From positions 10,260 to 74,259 of IMG/VR virus record IMGVR_UViG_3300009095_000015: DNA of 64,000 bases, one strand, 5' to 3'. The position numbers were made by a program, and so were the translations under genes. Within the stretch, counting starts at the first letter, position 1; every line of letters begins with the position of its first letter. Source of the DNA: a virus (taxonomy: Duplodnaviria; Caudoviricetes). Below are positions 1 to 9,744 of the stretch, in pieces. The notes under the pieces were generated by a model, which was not told the DNA's origin, did no database searches, and worked only from the letters and a program-made list of their open reading frames with translations.

Positions 1-17
1 TTATACACGGTTATGGT

Positions 18-563
18 TTACAGTTCTGCCGGATACGGCCAATTGTTGCGGTCGGAAAGCACTGCCCCGGAAAGCGTGGCAACAACGCTACCAACCAACT
101 GATGCTCCCGTAGAATGATGTATTCCTGCTCACGTCTCACACGAGCTAAGACGTTTTGCCGCCACATGCCTTTATGCCCGCGCACCACAGCGTCAGAAAT
201 CATTTCCGGCGTAGCTATCACGGACCCTTCTACGCAATACGTAATAAAGTCGGGGTAGCCTTTATGCTTATGCCTTTCCATATCGTGGTAATAACTGATA
301 GCAGCGTGCTGTGAAGCCGGAATGCACGCAGAGGCACTTACAATACGCCGGGTGTTAGGAGCATCCAGTGACGACACTACGTCATGGAGCGTTACTGAAG
401 AAAACGCAGGATCGAACGCTACAGTTCGGAAAACTTTTCTCCGCTCTAGGGCAGGTAGATTTTCCAGCATAAAATCTATAGAGACTTCCGACAATTCCTC
501 GCCTTCAATATAGGCAAGGATATAGTTGTCTATCTTTTGAGTTAGTTCCACTTTAAGCTCCAC
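18..563 (-). CDS. hypothetical phage protein (181 aa)
   Basis: ORF co-oriented with its neighbours and filling the gap; no recognisable motif. Confidence 0.6.
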   Translation of the reverse strand: MELKVELTQKIDNYILAYIEGEELSEVSIDFMLENLPALERRKVFRTVAFDPAFSSVTLHDVVSSLDAPNTRRIVSASACIPASQHAAISYYHDMERHKHKGYPDFITYCVEGSVIATPEMISDAVVRGHKGMWRQNVLARVRREQEYIILREHQLVGSVVATLSGAVLSDRNNWPYPAEL

Positions 564-604
564 TCTTTCTGGATAACCTTCACAGAAATAAAATCAAGGT
601 AAGG

Positions 605-1075
605 TCACAGAACACTTTTAATGAAAACCTGTTCTGGATAGAGTGCGATATACATATCTATACGGCCGTCGAACTCCAGTACGGCTATACCGTCGTAGCC
701 CTGTTCCAAAAGTGCAGACCGGATTTCAGCATAAAATTTAGTTTCTACCGCCCGGATATTTTCAGGTTCAGGATTCTCTCCTGATTGTATCAATTTTCGG
801 CACTTTTGGTTTATATCGTACAACTCGGTGACTGTAATACTGAAAATGTTTTTAAATTCCACTTCACATTCAAGACACTTCGTACCGAATCTGCATGCTA
901 CTGATTTTTCGACGGCCAGCCAAATGCCTAGATGCCCATTAGCAGCATGTTCCGAACTAACGGCGAATTCTAGACTAAAGGAATTAAATGATGCCGATGT
1001 TCCGTGGTATAGACTCACAGACTTTTCTATGTAGGCTAAGGTATGGCTGTCGTTTTTCGGAGGTTGCTCTTTCAC
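605..1075 (-). CDS. ADP-ribosyltransferase-fold (ART-PolyVal-like) protein
   Basis: LYHGTS..F..F, GHLGIWLA...A, GYDGIAV and YIALYPEQV match the motif order of the ART-like gene at 30795..31463. Confidence 0.6.
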   Translation of the reverse strand: MKEQPPKNDSHTLAYIEKSVSLYHGTSASFNSFSLEFAVSSEHAANGHLGIWLAVEKSVACRFGTKCLECEVEFKNIFSITVTELYDINQKCRKLIQSGENPEPENIRAVETKFYAEIRSALLEQGYDGIAVLEFDGRIDMYIALYPEQVFIKSVL

Positions 1076-1590
1076 AAGCCCTGCTCCGCGTGGTATTTCT
1101 TAATGGTGTCCTGCAACTGTTCGAGAAAAACACAGCGCTGGCGGTAAAGTTCCGCCATCCGCGCAGCCGTGTTATCGCCTTTTTTGGCAGCGTCATCCCA
1201 CCCAACATAGCTGTTCATAAGGTAATCCATGTCATCCGACAAAGAAAGCCCACCAATTTCAGCGTAGCGCCTTTCAAGGTGCGCGTTGCGGCCGTTTTCG
1301 AAATAATCCGGGCACCCTTTGTAACCATGTTCAACAGCCAAGTTAAAGATGGGGGAAGGGATGATGTGCAGGTCTTCGACTTGCTCTATCCTGATGTTCC
1401 AGAGCAATCCGTCATAACCGAACGGGTGGCCGTGGCACAGCACGATTTCGACTTTACCGTTTTCGTCACTGCGCTCATAGAGAGCTTTCAAAACGAAAGC
1501 TGAGCCTGCCTTATAAAAGCAGCTCCCATGGCTGAGGCGTTCCTTAGTGCGAACCAACCTATCAACTTCGACCTTCGTAATGCCGGACAT
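1072..1590 (-). CDS. hypothetical protein (172 aa)
   Basis: ORF with SD (GGAG) upstream and a 4-nt overlap with the next gene. Confidence 0.65.
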   Translation of the reverse strand: MSGITKVEVDRLVRTKERLSHGSCFYKAGSAFVLKALYERSDENGKVEIVLCHGHPFGYDGLLWNIRIEQVEDLHIIPSPIFNLAVEHGYKGCPDYFENGRNAHLERRYAEIGGLSLSDDMDYLMNSYVGWDDAAKKGDNTAARMAELYRQRCVFLEQLQDTIKKYHAEQGL

Positions 1591-1631
1591 ATAAAGTCTC
1601 CTTCCCTAAACGATGTGCCTTTACAGAAACG

Positions 1632-1666
1632 AAAAAGCCGGGCCAATCTTGCGACTGAACCCGGCT
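1632..1666 (-). terminator. rho-independent terminator
   Basis: Minus strand AGCCGGG...CCCGGCT followed by a T-run. Confidence 0.7.
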
Positions 1667-1670
1667 GTAT

Positions 1671-1865
1671 TCAAACGGTGCGAACCGTCAAAAGCTCAAA
1701 AGCGGACAATGCGCCAATCATTCCAACATCGTTGCATTTGACGCACGTTACTTCTTCAGCATGCTCAATCTCGACATGCTTTACAGTATAGGCGTATGCC
1801 GCCTGCTCAACGTCAAATGGATTGCCGCCGTTGTCCAAGTAAATCTCAATCATAACACGCGCCAT
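1671..1865 (-). CDS. small hypothetical protein (64 aa)
   Basis: Overlaps the end of the baseplate hub gene and precedes a terminator. Confidence 0.45.
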   Translation of the reverse strand: MARVMIEIYLDNGGNPFDVEQAAYAYTVKHVEIEHAEEVTCVKCNDVGMIGALSAFELLTVRTV

Positions 1866-3183
1866 TCAATTCACAATCTGAGGCATTGGCGTTCCTGCCA
1901 CCACGTACTGCTGCCATTGCCAAACCATTTACAGAATTCCCAGCACCGCCTGCCCCTCTACCGGAAGCACCCGTGCCACTTGTGCTTCCGCCTGCACCAG
2001 ATTCGACAGAACTGCTTGCAGACGGATCGGTATACGGCGCTTTGTTTACGAACATGCGATACATGTAAAACACTTCGCTGTAATATGATCCGCCTTTGAT
2101 GATGTACGTCTTGCCGCCGACAAGATATTTCCCGTTTGCATCCTTCGTCTCTTCAGCCGATTGTGTATTAGGGTCTTGCTGCCGGAACGATGTACATGTG
2201 AAGGTTTCTATGTCAGTGTAGTCGTCAACCAGCGCGACCAAACGCTCACTGAACAAACCTAAGAAACGAGAATTCTGATAAAAAGCTTTCTCGTACTTAT
2301 CGTGAACGTTGCCACTGTCGATACCCGTATAAAGAACCTTTTCGCCGCCGCGAATTTCGCGCCGTACAGCTTCGTTTACGGGGAGACCTTCACCCATGAT
2401 AGGAACTTGAAGCTCGCTCAAGGTTTCGAGCGCACCGTCGAGTTTGAATGTGTGCGCTTCCATGCCGTTGTTTCCTAGGTGGCTGGAAATACCACTTGTG
2501 GAAATATCTTTTGCGTCGCGGACGGCGTAGGTTTTCTTACCACCGTCTTTACCAGAGGCGTTAAACGTAAGCGTGTATTCAGGATCGGACGCGAGAACGT
2601 CAATCAGGTTTTTGTAACGTAGAACACCATCAGAAGTCACAACCCGCGCCATACAACTAGAATCGTCTGAGATTCCGTGAAGTGCCATGTCTTCAGTGAA
2701 CGAAATTCGCGTAGTGTTGAAATTCAACCAGACCTGAAAGTCATCGGTAGGGCGCGACGGGCCGTCGTATTCCAGACCGGAAGCTGCTGCAATTTCACCC
2801 ATAACCGTAGAGGTCGGTCCTTCGTACGACTCAGCAAACGCGCCAGATGAAAATTTAGGTGCGTTGTAAAGTGCAACAAGCGAAATTTTATTTCGAATAC
2901 CGCCGCGAGGCCGCCCCCACCCGAAAACCCGGAAGGATCGGATGGGAGCCTCTTCCGCGTTTTTACCTAGCTGGATGTTGATGACAGAGCCAGTACCTAG
3001 ATTCAGCGAACTAGAGAGGGTTCCAGAGTAATCATTAAGCTCCATTTTCAGCACAGGAAGACCCATGCTGAAACCCTCAAGAATCATGATGGTGTCGATA
3101 AGGTTGGCGGCCGAAGGCATTTCAGCACCTTCGATTTCAATCGAGCAAAATACAGAACCTTCGATGTTCAATACTGCTTTCAT
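1846..3183 (-). CDS. baseplate hub protein (T4 gp27/phage late-control D-like)
   Basis: 445 aa, last gene of the tube/baseplate module; beta-rich, with N-terminal LPVLKMELND and GTGSVINIQLG as in hub proteins. Confidence 0.55.
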   Translation of the reverse strand: MKAVLNIEGSVFCSIEIEGAEMPSAANLIDTIMILEGFSMGLPVLKMELNDYSGTLSSSLNLGTGSVINIQLGKNAEEAPIRSFRVFGWGRPRGGIRNKISLVALYNAPKFSSGAFAESYEGPTSTVMGEIAAASGLEYDGPSRPTDDFQVWLNFNTTRISFTEDMALHGISDDSSCMARVVTSDGVLRYKNLIDVLASDPEYTLTFNASGKDGGKKTYAVRDAKDISTSGISSHLGNNGMEAHTFKLDGALETLSELQVPIMGEGLPVNEAVRREIRGGEKVLYTGIDSGNVHDKYEKAFYQNSRFLGLFSERLVALVDDYTDIETFTCTSFRQQDPNTQSAEETKDANGKYLVGGKTYIIKGGSYYSEVFYMYRMFVNKAPYTDPSASSSVESGAGGSTSGTGASGRGAGGAGNSVNGLAMAAVRGGRNANASDCELNGACYD

Positions 3184-3190
3184 AGGAGCC

Positions 3191-3529
3191 TCAGATTGTG
3201 GTGAACCCTACGCGCTTTTTAGATTTTGTTTTAAGCAGCAGGTTATTTAGTTCGTTCGTATCGGGAACCTTGATACGTGTGCCTTGCGTAAAGTCCCAAA
3301 GGTCGTTCATACCGTTGTAAATCAGTAGGGCCGACCACCAGTCTTTACTACGCATCATGTTGAGTGCAGCCAGAGCTGGGTTCAAATGCTCCGCGCTTGT
3401 AACTACATGCCAGACGAAAGAGGATACGGCCAGAACAGAATCGTGAAAATCACTCCGTAACGGGTCGATTCCGAATTCATCGATGGTTTCGTATTCAATC
3501 TGCTTAGGCATTAAGAGCCTCCTAAACAC
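3191..3529 (-). CDS. baseplate wedge protein, gp53/LysM-like
   Basis: WWSALLIYNGMNDLWDFTQGTRIKVP resembles the gp53/gpX LysM-like W..I...N...G..I.IP pattern; position in the module. Confidence 0.6.
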   Translation of the reverse strand: MFRRLLMPKQIEYETIDEFGIDPLRSDFHDSVLAVSSFVWHVVTSAEHLNPALAALNMMRSKDWWSALLIYNGMNDLWDFTQGTRIKVPDTNELNNLLLKTKSKKRVGFTTI

Positions 3530-4224
3530 GGGGCAAACAGTTTATCCAAGTCTTCCTTGGTAATCGTGTAGTAGGCTTCTATCTGCACGTTCACGTCTGC
3601 CGAAATAGGCGTACCATTAGCGTCAAATTGCGTGCTGAAGGTCGGCGCTACGTTGGTAATGATGCACGGCTCAAGACGTAAGAAATTGCCGATGTGCAAC
3701 GTGATAAAGTCACCGCCCAAACTGGCAGCCTCGCTAATATCGCCAGACATTAGCGCCGAAGCGTTTAACACGCGTGGCCCCGGAGCAACCAGCAAGCCAG
3801 CAAGCTCGCTGGGAGCTGCCAGCTTCATCAGCTTTTTAATTGGTTCCGCCACTTCCTTTTTCGCATCCTGAAAAGCATAGAACACGAAAGGCATATCAAA
3901 GGTTAGTACGCAACCACCTTCCCAAATAGCAACACTCATGTATTTCGATTGGGAAGTCATGCCCGTGGAAACGGCGGCAATCTTCTCAGCTGCGCCTGCT
4001 AACCCACCACCGCCGGCCAAAGAGGATAGCGGTGCATCTAGTGGACGCCCATAACGCGACGTAATGTTTACCTGAAAGTTTTCAGGCAACGGTGTGGAAA
4101 TACTGAGGTACGGTTCGCCATCCCGCAGTACGTTCAAATCGCAACTATAAATAGGTGGGATTTGAGATTTTGTCCCGTTACCAACTACAATCGGAGCGGT
4201 TGCCCCCAAGGTTGCTTTAGGCAT
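3511..4224 (-). CDS. baseplate tail-tube cap/initiator (gp48/gp54-like)
   Basis: C-terminal CIITNVAPTFSTQFDANGTPISADVNVQIEAY is a tube-fold signature; position after the long tail protein. Confidence 0.55.
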   Translation of the reverse strand: MPKATLGATAPIVVGNGTKSQIPPIYSCDLNVLRDGEPYLSISTPLPENFQVNITSRYGRPLDAPLSSLAGGGGLAGAAEKIAAVSTGMTSQSKYMSVAIWEGGCVLTFDMPFVFYAFQDAKKEVAEPIKKLMKLAAPSELAGLLVAPGPRVLNASALMSGDISEAASLGGDFITLHIGNFLRLEPCIITNVAPTFSTQFDANGTPISADVNVQIEAYYTITKEDLDKLFAPCLGGS

Positions 4225-6914
4225 TAAACAAATCCTGAATTCAAGAACAATAGGCCATAGTCGTCAACCAGAGCCGGAATATCTGCGAGCGTCGGACGGC
4301 CAGCAGTTCCAGACCCTGCGTGTTGGGCGGGGGCTGCATTTGCCGCCACCTTCGGCGTTTCCGTAGAAACAGGAGGCTGATCAACTGCCATGACACGCTT
4401 AACCGACTCGTACGGTTGCCTCTCCACTTTTTCGGCGTACGTGCCGCTTGTGTCCGTATTAACAACAACTCTATTTGCACTAGCTTTCTGAGCTGTATTA
4501 ATTGCGGGTTCTGACTTGTAGTAGTCAGCACTAGCCGGACTGTCAACACGATCAACCGTGGCTTTACTAGAAACTGGCGTTACAGCTACATTTGCAGGTT
4601 CCGCTTTTGGCGTCGTGACTGGTTTAACAACCGGAATATCCTTTTCAGGTTTGGGTACGTTAACTTCCGGGGCCTTCGGTTTGACGGCCGGCTCTGCATG
4701 CACCTCTGCTTTTTTCGGCTGTACGGGCGCAACAGGTTTCACGACTTCAGTTGTTGCTTTGGGTGCCACAACAGCATCTTTGGCTTCGGGTTTGGTTACA
4801 GCTGCTTGCTTCTCGACCTGAGCGCCATTCTGCTTAACTTCAACAGCAGGCTTTACGACTTCGGGCGCTTTAGGCGAGGCCGGCTTAACAGTCTCTGCTT
4901 TTGGTGCAGGCGCTTTAACAGGCTCCGCTTTGGCAGGTTCTGTTTTAACGGGCTTCGCTTCCGGCACAACAGGTTTAGTTTCCACCGGTTTTTTCTTTTC
5001 AGGGACGCGCTGGAACTGAACCTCAGATATAGTGCCATCCGGGTTCATCTTAGACGCAACCATAATTTCGCCCGGCTGTGCGTACTGCCGTGCAACCTCA
5101 GAGCGTTTTGTAGCTTTCCACCGTGCCAAATCGCGCGTAGTAATTCCGTTTTCCCCGAGCTTTGGTGCCGTTTCCTGTTTCGAAACATCCAACTGTACTG
5201 TACGGATTACAGGTTCAGGTTCCTTCTCTTTGGCGCTCGGTTTGCTTGTTGGGGCGGGCACGGCTACGTCTTCCGCCTTCTCTTTAACTTTTTCTTTTTC
5301 AGGCGGCTTCGGTGGGAGTGTCTCGGTTGGGTTTACCGCCGGCAATTCCGGGGCCGCAGCAACGTCATTCTTTTTCTGTGCAACTTCAGGAGCTGCCGAA
5401 GCTTCTGGTTTTGCCGGATTTGCAGGTGCCGCAACTTCGGCCGCTGTTGTCGTATCGCCGACATTTTTAGCAACCGACGCACCTTCGTTTTCTAGCATTT
5501 TCATGTAGACGGCATGCTCGTCTGCCGCCCTGCGCGCCAGCTCTGCGCCCTCTGCCATAGAAAAGAAACCGGTTTTTGTTTCTGTCGTACGGCGAGACTG
5601 GATGCGGTTGATGATTTCCTTATCATCCATTTTATCAACATCCCGATTGCCTAAAACATCTGCGATCAGTTGCTTACTGTCCTTAGCGCTGTATTGCGTT
5701 GCTACGCTGAAAAGCATTTCTCGCAGTGCACGGCTACGCCCTTCAACATCCACGTCGTATTGCTTACCAAACCATTCTGCAAGAGGCTTGTAATGAGTGG
5801 TGGCTACGAACTGTTGCTGAGCAGTCGCCAAAGCCTTGGCCTGCTGAGGGTCTTTTGTAAGCTCCGTGTATTTTTCGTTGAACTCGGGGCTGCCCGGCTG
5901 CGTACCTTGAAAATGGTTGTAAAAGGGCTGCCCTTGCTCAGAGCGCAGGAAATTAATCATACTACCGTCTTTGGAAGACAGCTTATGTTTCCCGTAGCTC
6001 GCTCCATCGCGTGCAGTCTTTCCGACATTAACTGTCGAAACATCACTGCCGTTTGCCGTGAAACCTGTAGCCACGGCGCCTAGGGATGAATCGTTCTGTG
6101 CGGCCTCAGAAACGGCGTTGACTTTTTCTGTATCTTTCTTGTAGCGTTCGAGATTGGCGCCAGTACCGCCGTCACCTAGCTTATCGCCAAGCCAATCTTT
6201 CGCAGACTGCCAGCCGCTTTCAACAGAGTTGGCGTCTTTCTTATCGTAAGTGTAGTTCTTGATTTTATGGCGAATCAGCAGGCCACCGCCGATCATAGCG
6301 AGCGGGATCGCTGCCTTTGCCAAACCCACACGTGCCACCATGCCCGCGCCTTTGCGCAAAATGCCGCCGGCCGTGCGCTTCAGGAAACCACCTTTCTTTT
6401 TACCTCCCATAGAAAAGCCGTCGTCATCGCCGCCCCCGTTAAACAGGTTGCGAATGAGTTCGCCGCGCTTCTCTGGATTGTCATTCGTAGTGGGAACGCG
6501 TTGTACCTTATCGGTAATGTCGCGTTCCTGTATTTTCGGCTGAAGTTTGGTCCCTTGCTTGTAGAGAAAATCATACAAGCTTTCCATAGTGCCGCCCATT
6601 TCAACCAAAGCACTAGCCTGCTTTTGCATAAGGCTAGTTTGCTCATCAAGCTTTTCGCCGTGGCTGTGCAGCACACCGGTTTGCTCTTGCGTAGCTTGAT
6701 ACTGCTGAGTATTAACGTTCGTTACGTTGCTGACGTTGCTAACGCTGTTGTCGCTGTTGTTTACAACACCGCCAGCATCCTTGCGCGGGCGGGCGTTGTG
6801 CGGCGCGTCTTTCAGGGCCACCAGACTACGCTTTTCTGGAATAGCATCCTGCATAAGATCGGTATCTTGCGTACGCGTCTTTGCAAGGTCTGTCATTTTT
6901 TGAAGTAGGCTCAT
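4224..6914 (-). CDS. tail/tape-measure-position protein with a lysozyme-like (VgrG3-C-like) domain and a long P/A/E/K-rich linker
   Basis: GASYGKHKLSS, GSPEFNEKY, FVATTHYKP and RSRALREMLFSVATQ follow the VgrG3-type lysozyme motif order; lies between gp26-like and gp48-like genes. Confidence 0.6.
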   Translation of the reverse strand: MSLLQKMTDLAKTRTQDTDLMQDAIPEKRSLVALKDAPHNARPRKDAGGVVNNSDNSVSNVSNVTNVNTQQYQATQEQTGVLHSHGEKLDEQTSLMQKQASALVEMGGTMESLYDFLYKQGTKLQPKIQERDITDKVQRVPTTNDNPEKRGELIRNLFNGGGDDDGFSMGGKKKGGFLKRTAGGILRKGAGMVARVGLAKAAIPLAMIGGGLLIRHKIKNYTYDKKDANSVESGWQSAKDWLGDKLGDGGTGANLERYKKDTEKVNAVSEAAQNDSSLGAVATGFTANGSDVSTVNVGKTARDGASYGKHKLSSKDGSMINFLRSEQGQPFYNHFQGTQPGSPEFNEKYTELTKDPQQAKALATAQQQFVATTHYKPLAEWFGKQYDVDVEGRSRALREMLFSVATQYSAKDSKQLIADVLGNRDVDKMDDKEIINRIQSRRTTETKTGFFSMAEGAELARRAADEHAVYMKMLENEGASVAKNVGDTTTAAEVAAPANPAKPEASAAPEVAQKKNDVAAAPELPAVNPTETLPPKPPEKEKVKEKAEDVAVPAPTSKPSAKEKEPEPVIRTVQLDVSKQETAPKLGENGITTRDLARWKATKRSEVARQYAQPGEIMVASKMNPDGTISEVQFQRVPEKKKPVETKPVVPEAKPVKTEPAKAEPVKAPAPKAETVKPASPKAPEVVKPAVEVKQNGAQVEKQAAVTKPEAKDAVVAPKATTEVVKPVAPVQPKKAEVHAEPAVKPKAPEVNVPKPEKDIPVVKPVTTPKAEPANVAVTPVSSKATVDRVDSPASADYYKSEPAINTAQKASANRVVVNTDTSGTYAEKVERQPYESVKRVMAVDQPPVSTETPKVAANAAPAQHAGSGTAGRPTLADIPALVDDYGLLFLNSGFV

Positions 6915-7867
6915 TTTAACCCTCTGCGCACCGAAGTCTGGTTGGCTTTAGCTTGCGCTTTTTGTTCCGCCTCGCGCCGATCCTGCACGAACGTAGCGTG
7001 GTGATAGAAGAACATTTTCGCAGGAAGCTTCAGATCGGGGGCGACGCCGAAGTGAGCAATCATGTTGTAATACATGTTGTAGATATCTTGCTCACTATTG
7101 CTGGCGAAGAAATGTAGCAGTCTCGGTTGAGCTTCATGCGGAGAAGTTCCGCCGCACTGGCCACATTTAAGTGTCATGCTTTCCGTGATGCCGTGATAGT
7201 AGCGCGTTTTTATATTTTCAATACGTTCAAGCAAGTCCATGTTGGGCTGCGCCATGAGAAACGCAAGCTTAGCCTTGAAGTCTTTGCCAGCTTTAACCCA
7301 ACGAGCGAGCGCACCGACGTAACGCATGTGTGGATTTTCTTCGATGTACTCGTAGTAATCGGTCAAAGTAGCAACGCGAGGGAAATCAATATCCTTATCC
7401 TGAATTGTCAGATCGTCGTCATCCAGCATGTGGACTTTGAGAACGGTCTTCTTCACAATTTCAGTGTTTTCGCCGTTACAGGGGCCGAACACGTAGCCCT
7501 TTTTCGCACATTCTTCAGGCGGTAGGTCAAACTCGATGCCGTTATCTGGTTTCAACCATACCTTGTTTTTGCATGTGTATTTTGCTACAACAGGAAAATC
7601 AGGGAATGACGTTTTGCGCAGCCATGCCAGCAGATATTCGAAATCCCCATCAGTAAGCTGCCTTACCGGAATGGAGCAAGTCAGCTGCACGGCGCGGATA
7701 AGCTGATCGTAAGGGCGCACACGAGTACGCATGGCAGTATGTAGAAGATTCAGTTCTTCGACTACAAACTGCCTAACGTACATTTGCTTGAATTCGTACG
7801 GGGAAAATCCCGTAGGCAAGTCGCCAATGTCGATGTATCTGGAATCATTTTCATAATCGACTGCCAT
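6911..7867 (-). CDS. baseplate hub assembly protein, T4 gp26-like
   Basis: LPTGFSPY..YVRQF, LTDGDFEYLLAWLR, FPRV and C-terminal CGQCG. Confidence 0.6.
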   Translation of the reverse strand: MAVDYENDSRYIDIGDLPTGFSPYEFKQMYVRQFVVEELNLLHTAMRTRVRPYDQLIRAVQLTCSIPVRQLTDGDFEYLLAWLRKTSFPDFPVVAKYTCKNKVWLKPDNGIEFDLPPEECAKKGYVFGPCNGENTEIVKKTVLKVHMLDDDDLTIQDKDIDFPRVATLTDYYEYIEENPHMRYVGALARWVKAGKDFKAKLAFLMAQPNMDLLERIENIKTRYYHGITESMTLKCGQCGGTSPHEAQPRLLHFFASNSEQDIYNMYYNMIAHFGVAPDLKLPAKMFFYHHATFVQDRREAEQKAQAKANQTSVRRGLK

Positions 7868-7876
7868 AAATCACCT

Positions 7877-8644
7877 TCAAGCAAAGAAAGACGCCGCATC
7901 GACCGAAATTTTCGCGTAATGTACTTGGCCACAACGCGGACATTCCTTGGCCACAGATTGTAGAACACCGTGAGTCAAATCGCGGGCCGCCACAGTAGCA
8001 AGGTCGAAAGTTTCCATGTCTTCGTTTTGGAAAACACGGTTAATCTTATCATCAATGGTTTCGCCGTCCCGCAGCCACGACGCTGCTGTAGCAAGCCATT
8101 TGGAGGAAGGATCGCCAAGGGCTTTAACGAAACTGTCGAGAGTTGAAGCGCGCGGGTAATCAAGGCGAGGGTCCAGCTTGTGCTCCGGCATAGCGTGAAT
8201 TTTGAAGTCTTCAAATTCCACAGGCTCAGTGTTGTGAGCACCGCACGCGACTACGCGAAGCATGATAGCGGCTGGATTTTCAATAACCGACTTATCCTCA
8301 GCGTTTTCGTATGCCTCTACCATCTGCGCGATATCAGCTTCCGTGTATTTCCGCCCATCATCACGCTCATACAGGATTCCGTCACATGTCCATTCGACCA
8401 TATACGGAATATTACGTTGCTTAAACCGCAGGAAGGTGAGGATGTAGTAAAAGTCACCGTAAGTAAGCTGCCCTGCATCAAAGTCGATCAGCTGATTTAC
8501 GGCCCGCACAACAGGCTCCATCGATTCAAGAACAACAGATTCCGAAAATAGAGCCAGCTGGCGAGGATTCATTTTTTTGATATTGATTTCCTTAACTTGG
8601 TAAGGAATCATGCGGCTTGGTAGGTTGGTGGCGTTGAATTTCAT
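7877..8644 (-). CDS. baseplate hub assembly protein, T4 gp26-like (paralog)
   Basis: LPSRMIPY, LTYGDFYYILTFLR, YPRA and C-terminal CPRCG; same motif layout as the neighbouring gene. Confidence 0.6.
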   Translation of the reverse strand: MKFNATNLPSRMIPYQVKEINIKKMNPRQLALFSESVVLESMEPVVRAVNQLIDFDAGQLTYGDFYYILTFLRFKQRNIPYMVEWTCDGILYERDDGRKYTEADIAQMVEAYENAEDKSVIENPAAIMLRVVACGAHNTEPVEFEDFKIHAMPEHKLDPRLDYPRASTLDSFVKALGDPSSKWLATAASWLRDGETIDDKINRVFQNEDMETFDLATVAARDLTHGVLQSVAKECPRCGQVHYAKISVDAASFFA

Positions 8645-9162
8645 ATAATTAGTCTCATTCCGTCAGTGGCAAAGTTCTGCTGAACCTTCAGCGCTTCGGC
8701 ACCTGTGTTCGTCAAATCCCACGGACCCGACTGCACAGGCCAGCAGTTCAAAAGCGTGGCACGTGCGACAGGTTTTACGGCTTGATCTTTAGTGGGACCG
8801 CGCCCGCTGTACAGAGCAATCGAAATATCACGTTTGTACGCGGATGGTAATCCGTACGCACCCGTGTCCTGATTTCGAATGAGTGACAGCCAACCAGCAA
8901 GCCACTTACGAGTCCGTAGCGACACGTCTTCGTGGAACGTAATGTCGAAGGCACTGATTTCTTGAAAACCTGCAAACTGCGCATAAATACCGGCACCGAA
9001 AACAGGTTTCATGTTTAGGGACGGGAATGGCAGGTTTATTGTTTCTACGTAATCCGCTTCGCCGCCAAACGGAAGCCCCATGCAGTACCACTGAAAATTG
9101 AACAGCGGCTCACGGTCTCCAGAACGGCGAACGATGAATTCGTCTAGTGTAAGTACACCCAC
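8641..9162 (-). CDS. tail tube-like protein 2 (gp19 fold)
   Basis: FDITFHED..L..RKWL..W, YKRDISI and ATLLNCWP match the gp19 family. Confidence 0.75.
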   Translation of the reverse strand: MGVLTLDEFIVRRSGDREPLFNFQWYCMGLPFGGEADYVETINLPFPSLNMKPVFGAGIYAQFAGFQEISAFDITFHEDVSLRTRKWLAGWLSLIRNQDTGAYGLPSAYKRDISIALYSGRGPTKDQAVKPVARATLLNCWPVQSGPWDLTNTGAEALKVQQNFATDGMRLII

Positions 9163-9176
9163 ACGTACCTCCCAAT

Positions 9177-9218
9177 AAAATGGCCCAGCACCCTACAGTG
9201 AGAGTACCGGGCCATTTT
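9177..9218 (-). terminator. rho-independent terminator after the major tube gene
   Basis: AAAATGGCCCGGTAC...GTGCTGGGCCATTTT inverted repeat. Confidence 0.75.
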
Positions 9219-9221
9219 TAG

Positions 9222-9731
9222 TTAGAAAACACGCTCAACGTAGCCGTAGGAGAACTGCGCGGCGTTTTGGATTGCCTGATTGCCAGCGCCTTCGAAGCTG
9301 TATTCGGGCAGTTCGGTCGGGAACACACGATGCAGCTTGAATTGAGCAGCCGGTGCACCAGTCTGGTCGTAAACAGTCAGAGTGGCAGACACAGCATAAT
9401 CAGACGAGAAGTTACCAGTCTGAGTATCCTTGGCACGGATAGCACGCAGCCAGTTTTCCAGCGATGCGCGAACGCGAGCATCGTAGGTCTCATTCAGAGT
9501 AACGTTGATGGTGTGGCTGAAGGTCTTGCGGGCACCGTAAATAATCTTGTGACCGAAGAGTTCGATTTCAACCGTGCTGATGGTTGCGCCCGGCAGCGCA
9601 GTGCTCAGACATTGGATGCGTAGCAGGCGAGAATCGCCGCCGTTGGGGATGTTGGTGAAAACAATGTCAAAGTTATCACTCAACATCGGATCGGGAATGT
9701 CGTAGACTTCTTCCAGCGTAGGCTTCGGCAT
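9222..9731 (-). CDS. major tail tube protein (T4 gp19-like)
   Basis: TALPGATI..VEI.LFG.KI.YGARKTF, LNETYD, KLHRVFPT.L; directly after the sheath gene. Confidence 0.9.
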   Translation of the reverse strand: MPKPTLEEVYDIPDPMLSDNFDIVFTNIPNGGDSRLLRIQCLSTALPGATISTVEIELFGHKIIYGARKTFSHTINVTLNETYDARVRASLENWLRAIRAKDTQTGNFSSDYAVSATLTVYDQTGAPAAQFKLHRVFPTELPEYSFEGAGNQAIQNAAQFSYGYVERVF

Positions 9732-9744
9732 ATTTCAAATCCTC

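Noticed and set aside
6911-8644. Frameshifted tail-assembly chaperone pair
   Set aside because: Each ORF is a complete gp26-like protein with its own start; no slippery site seen
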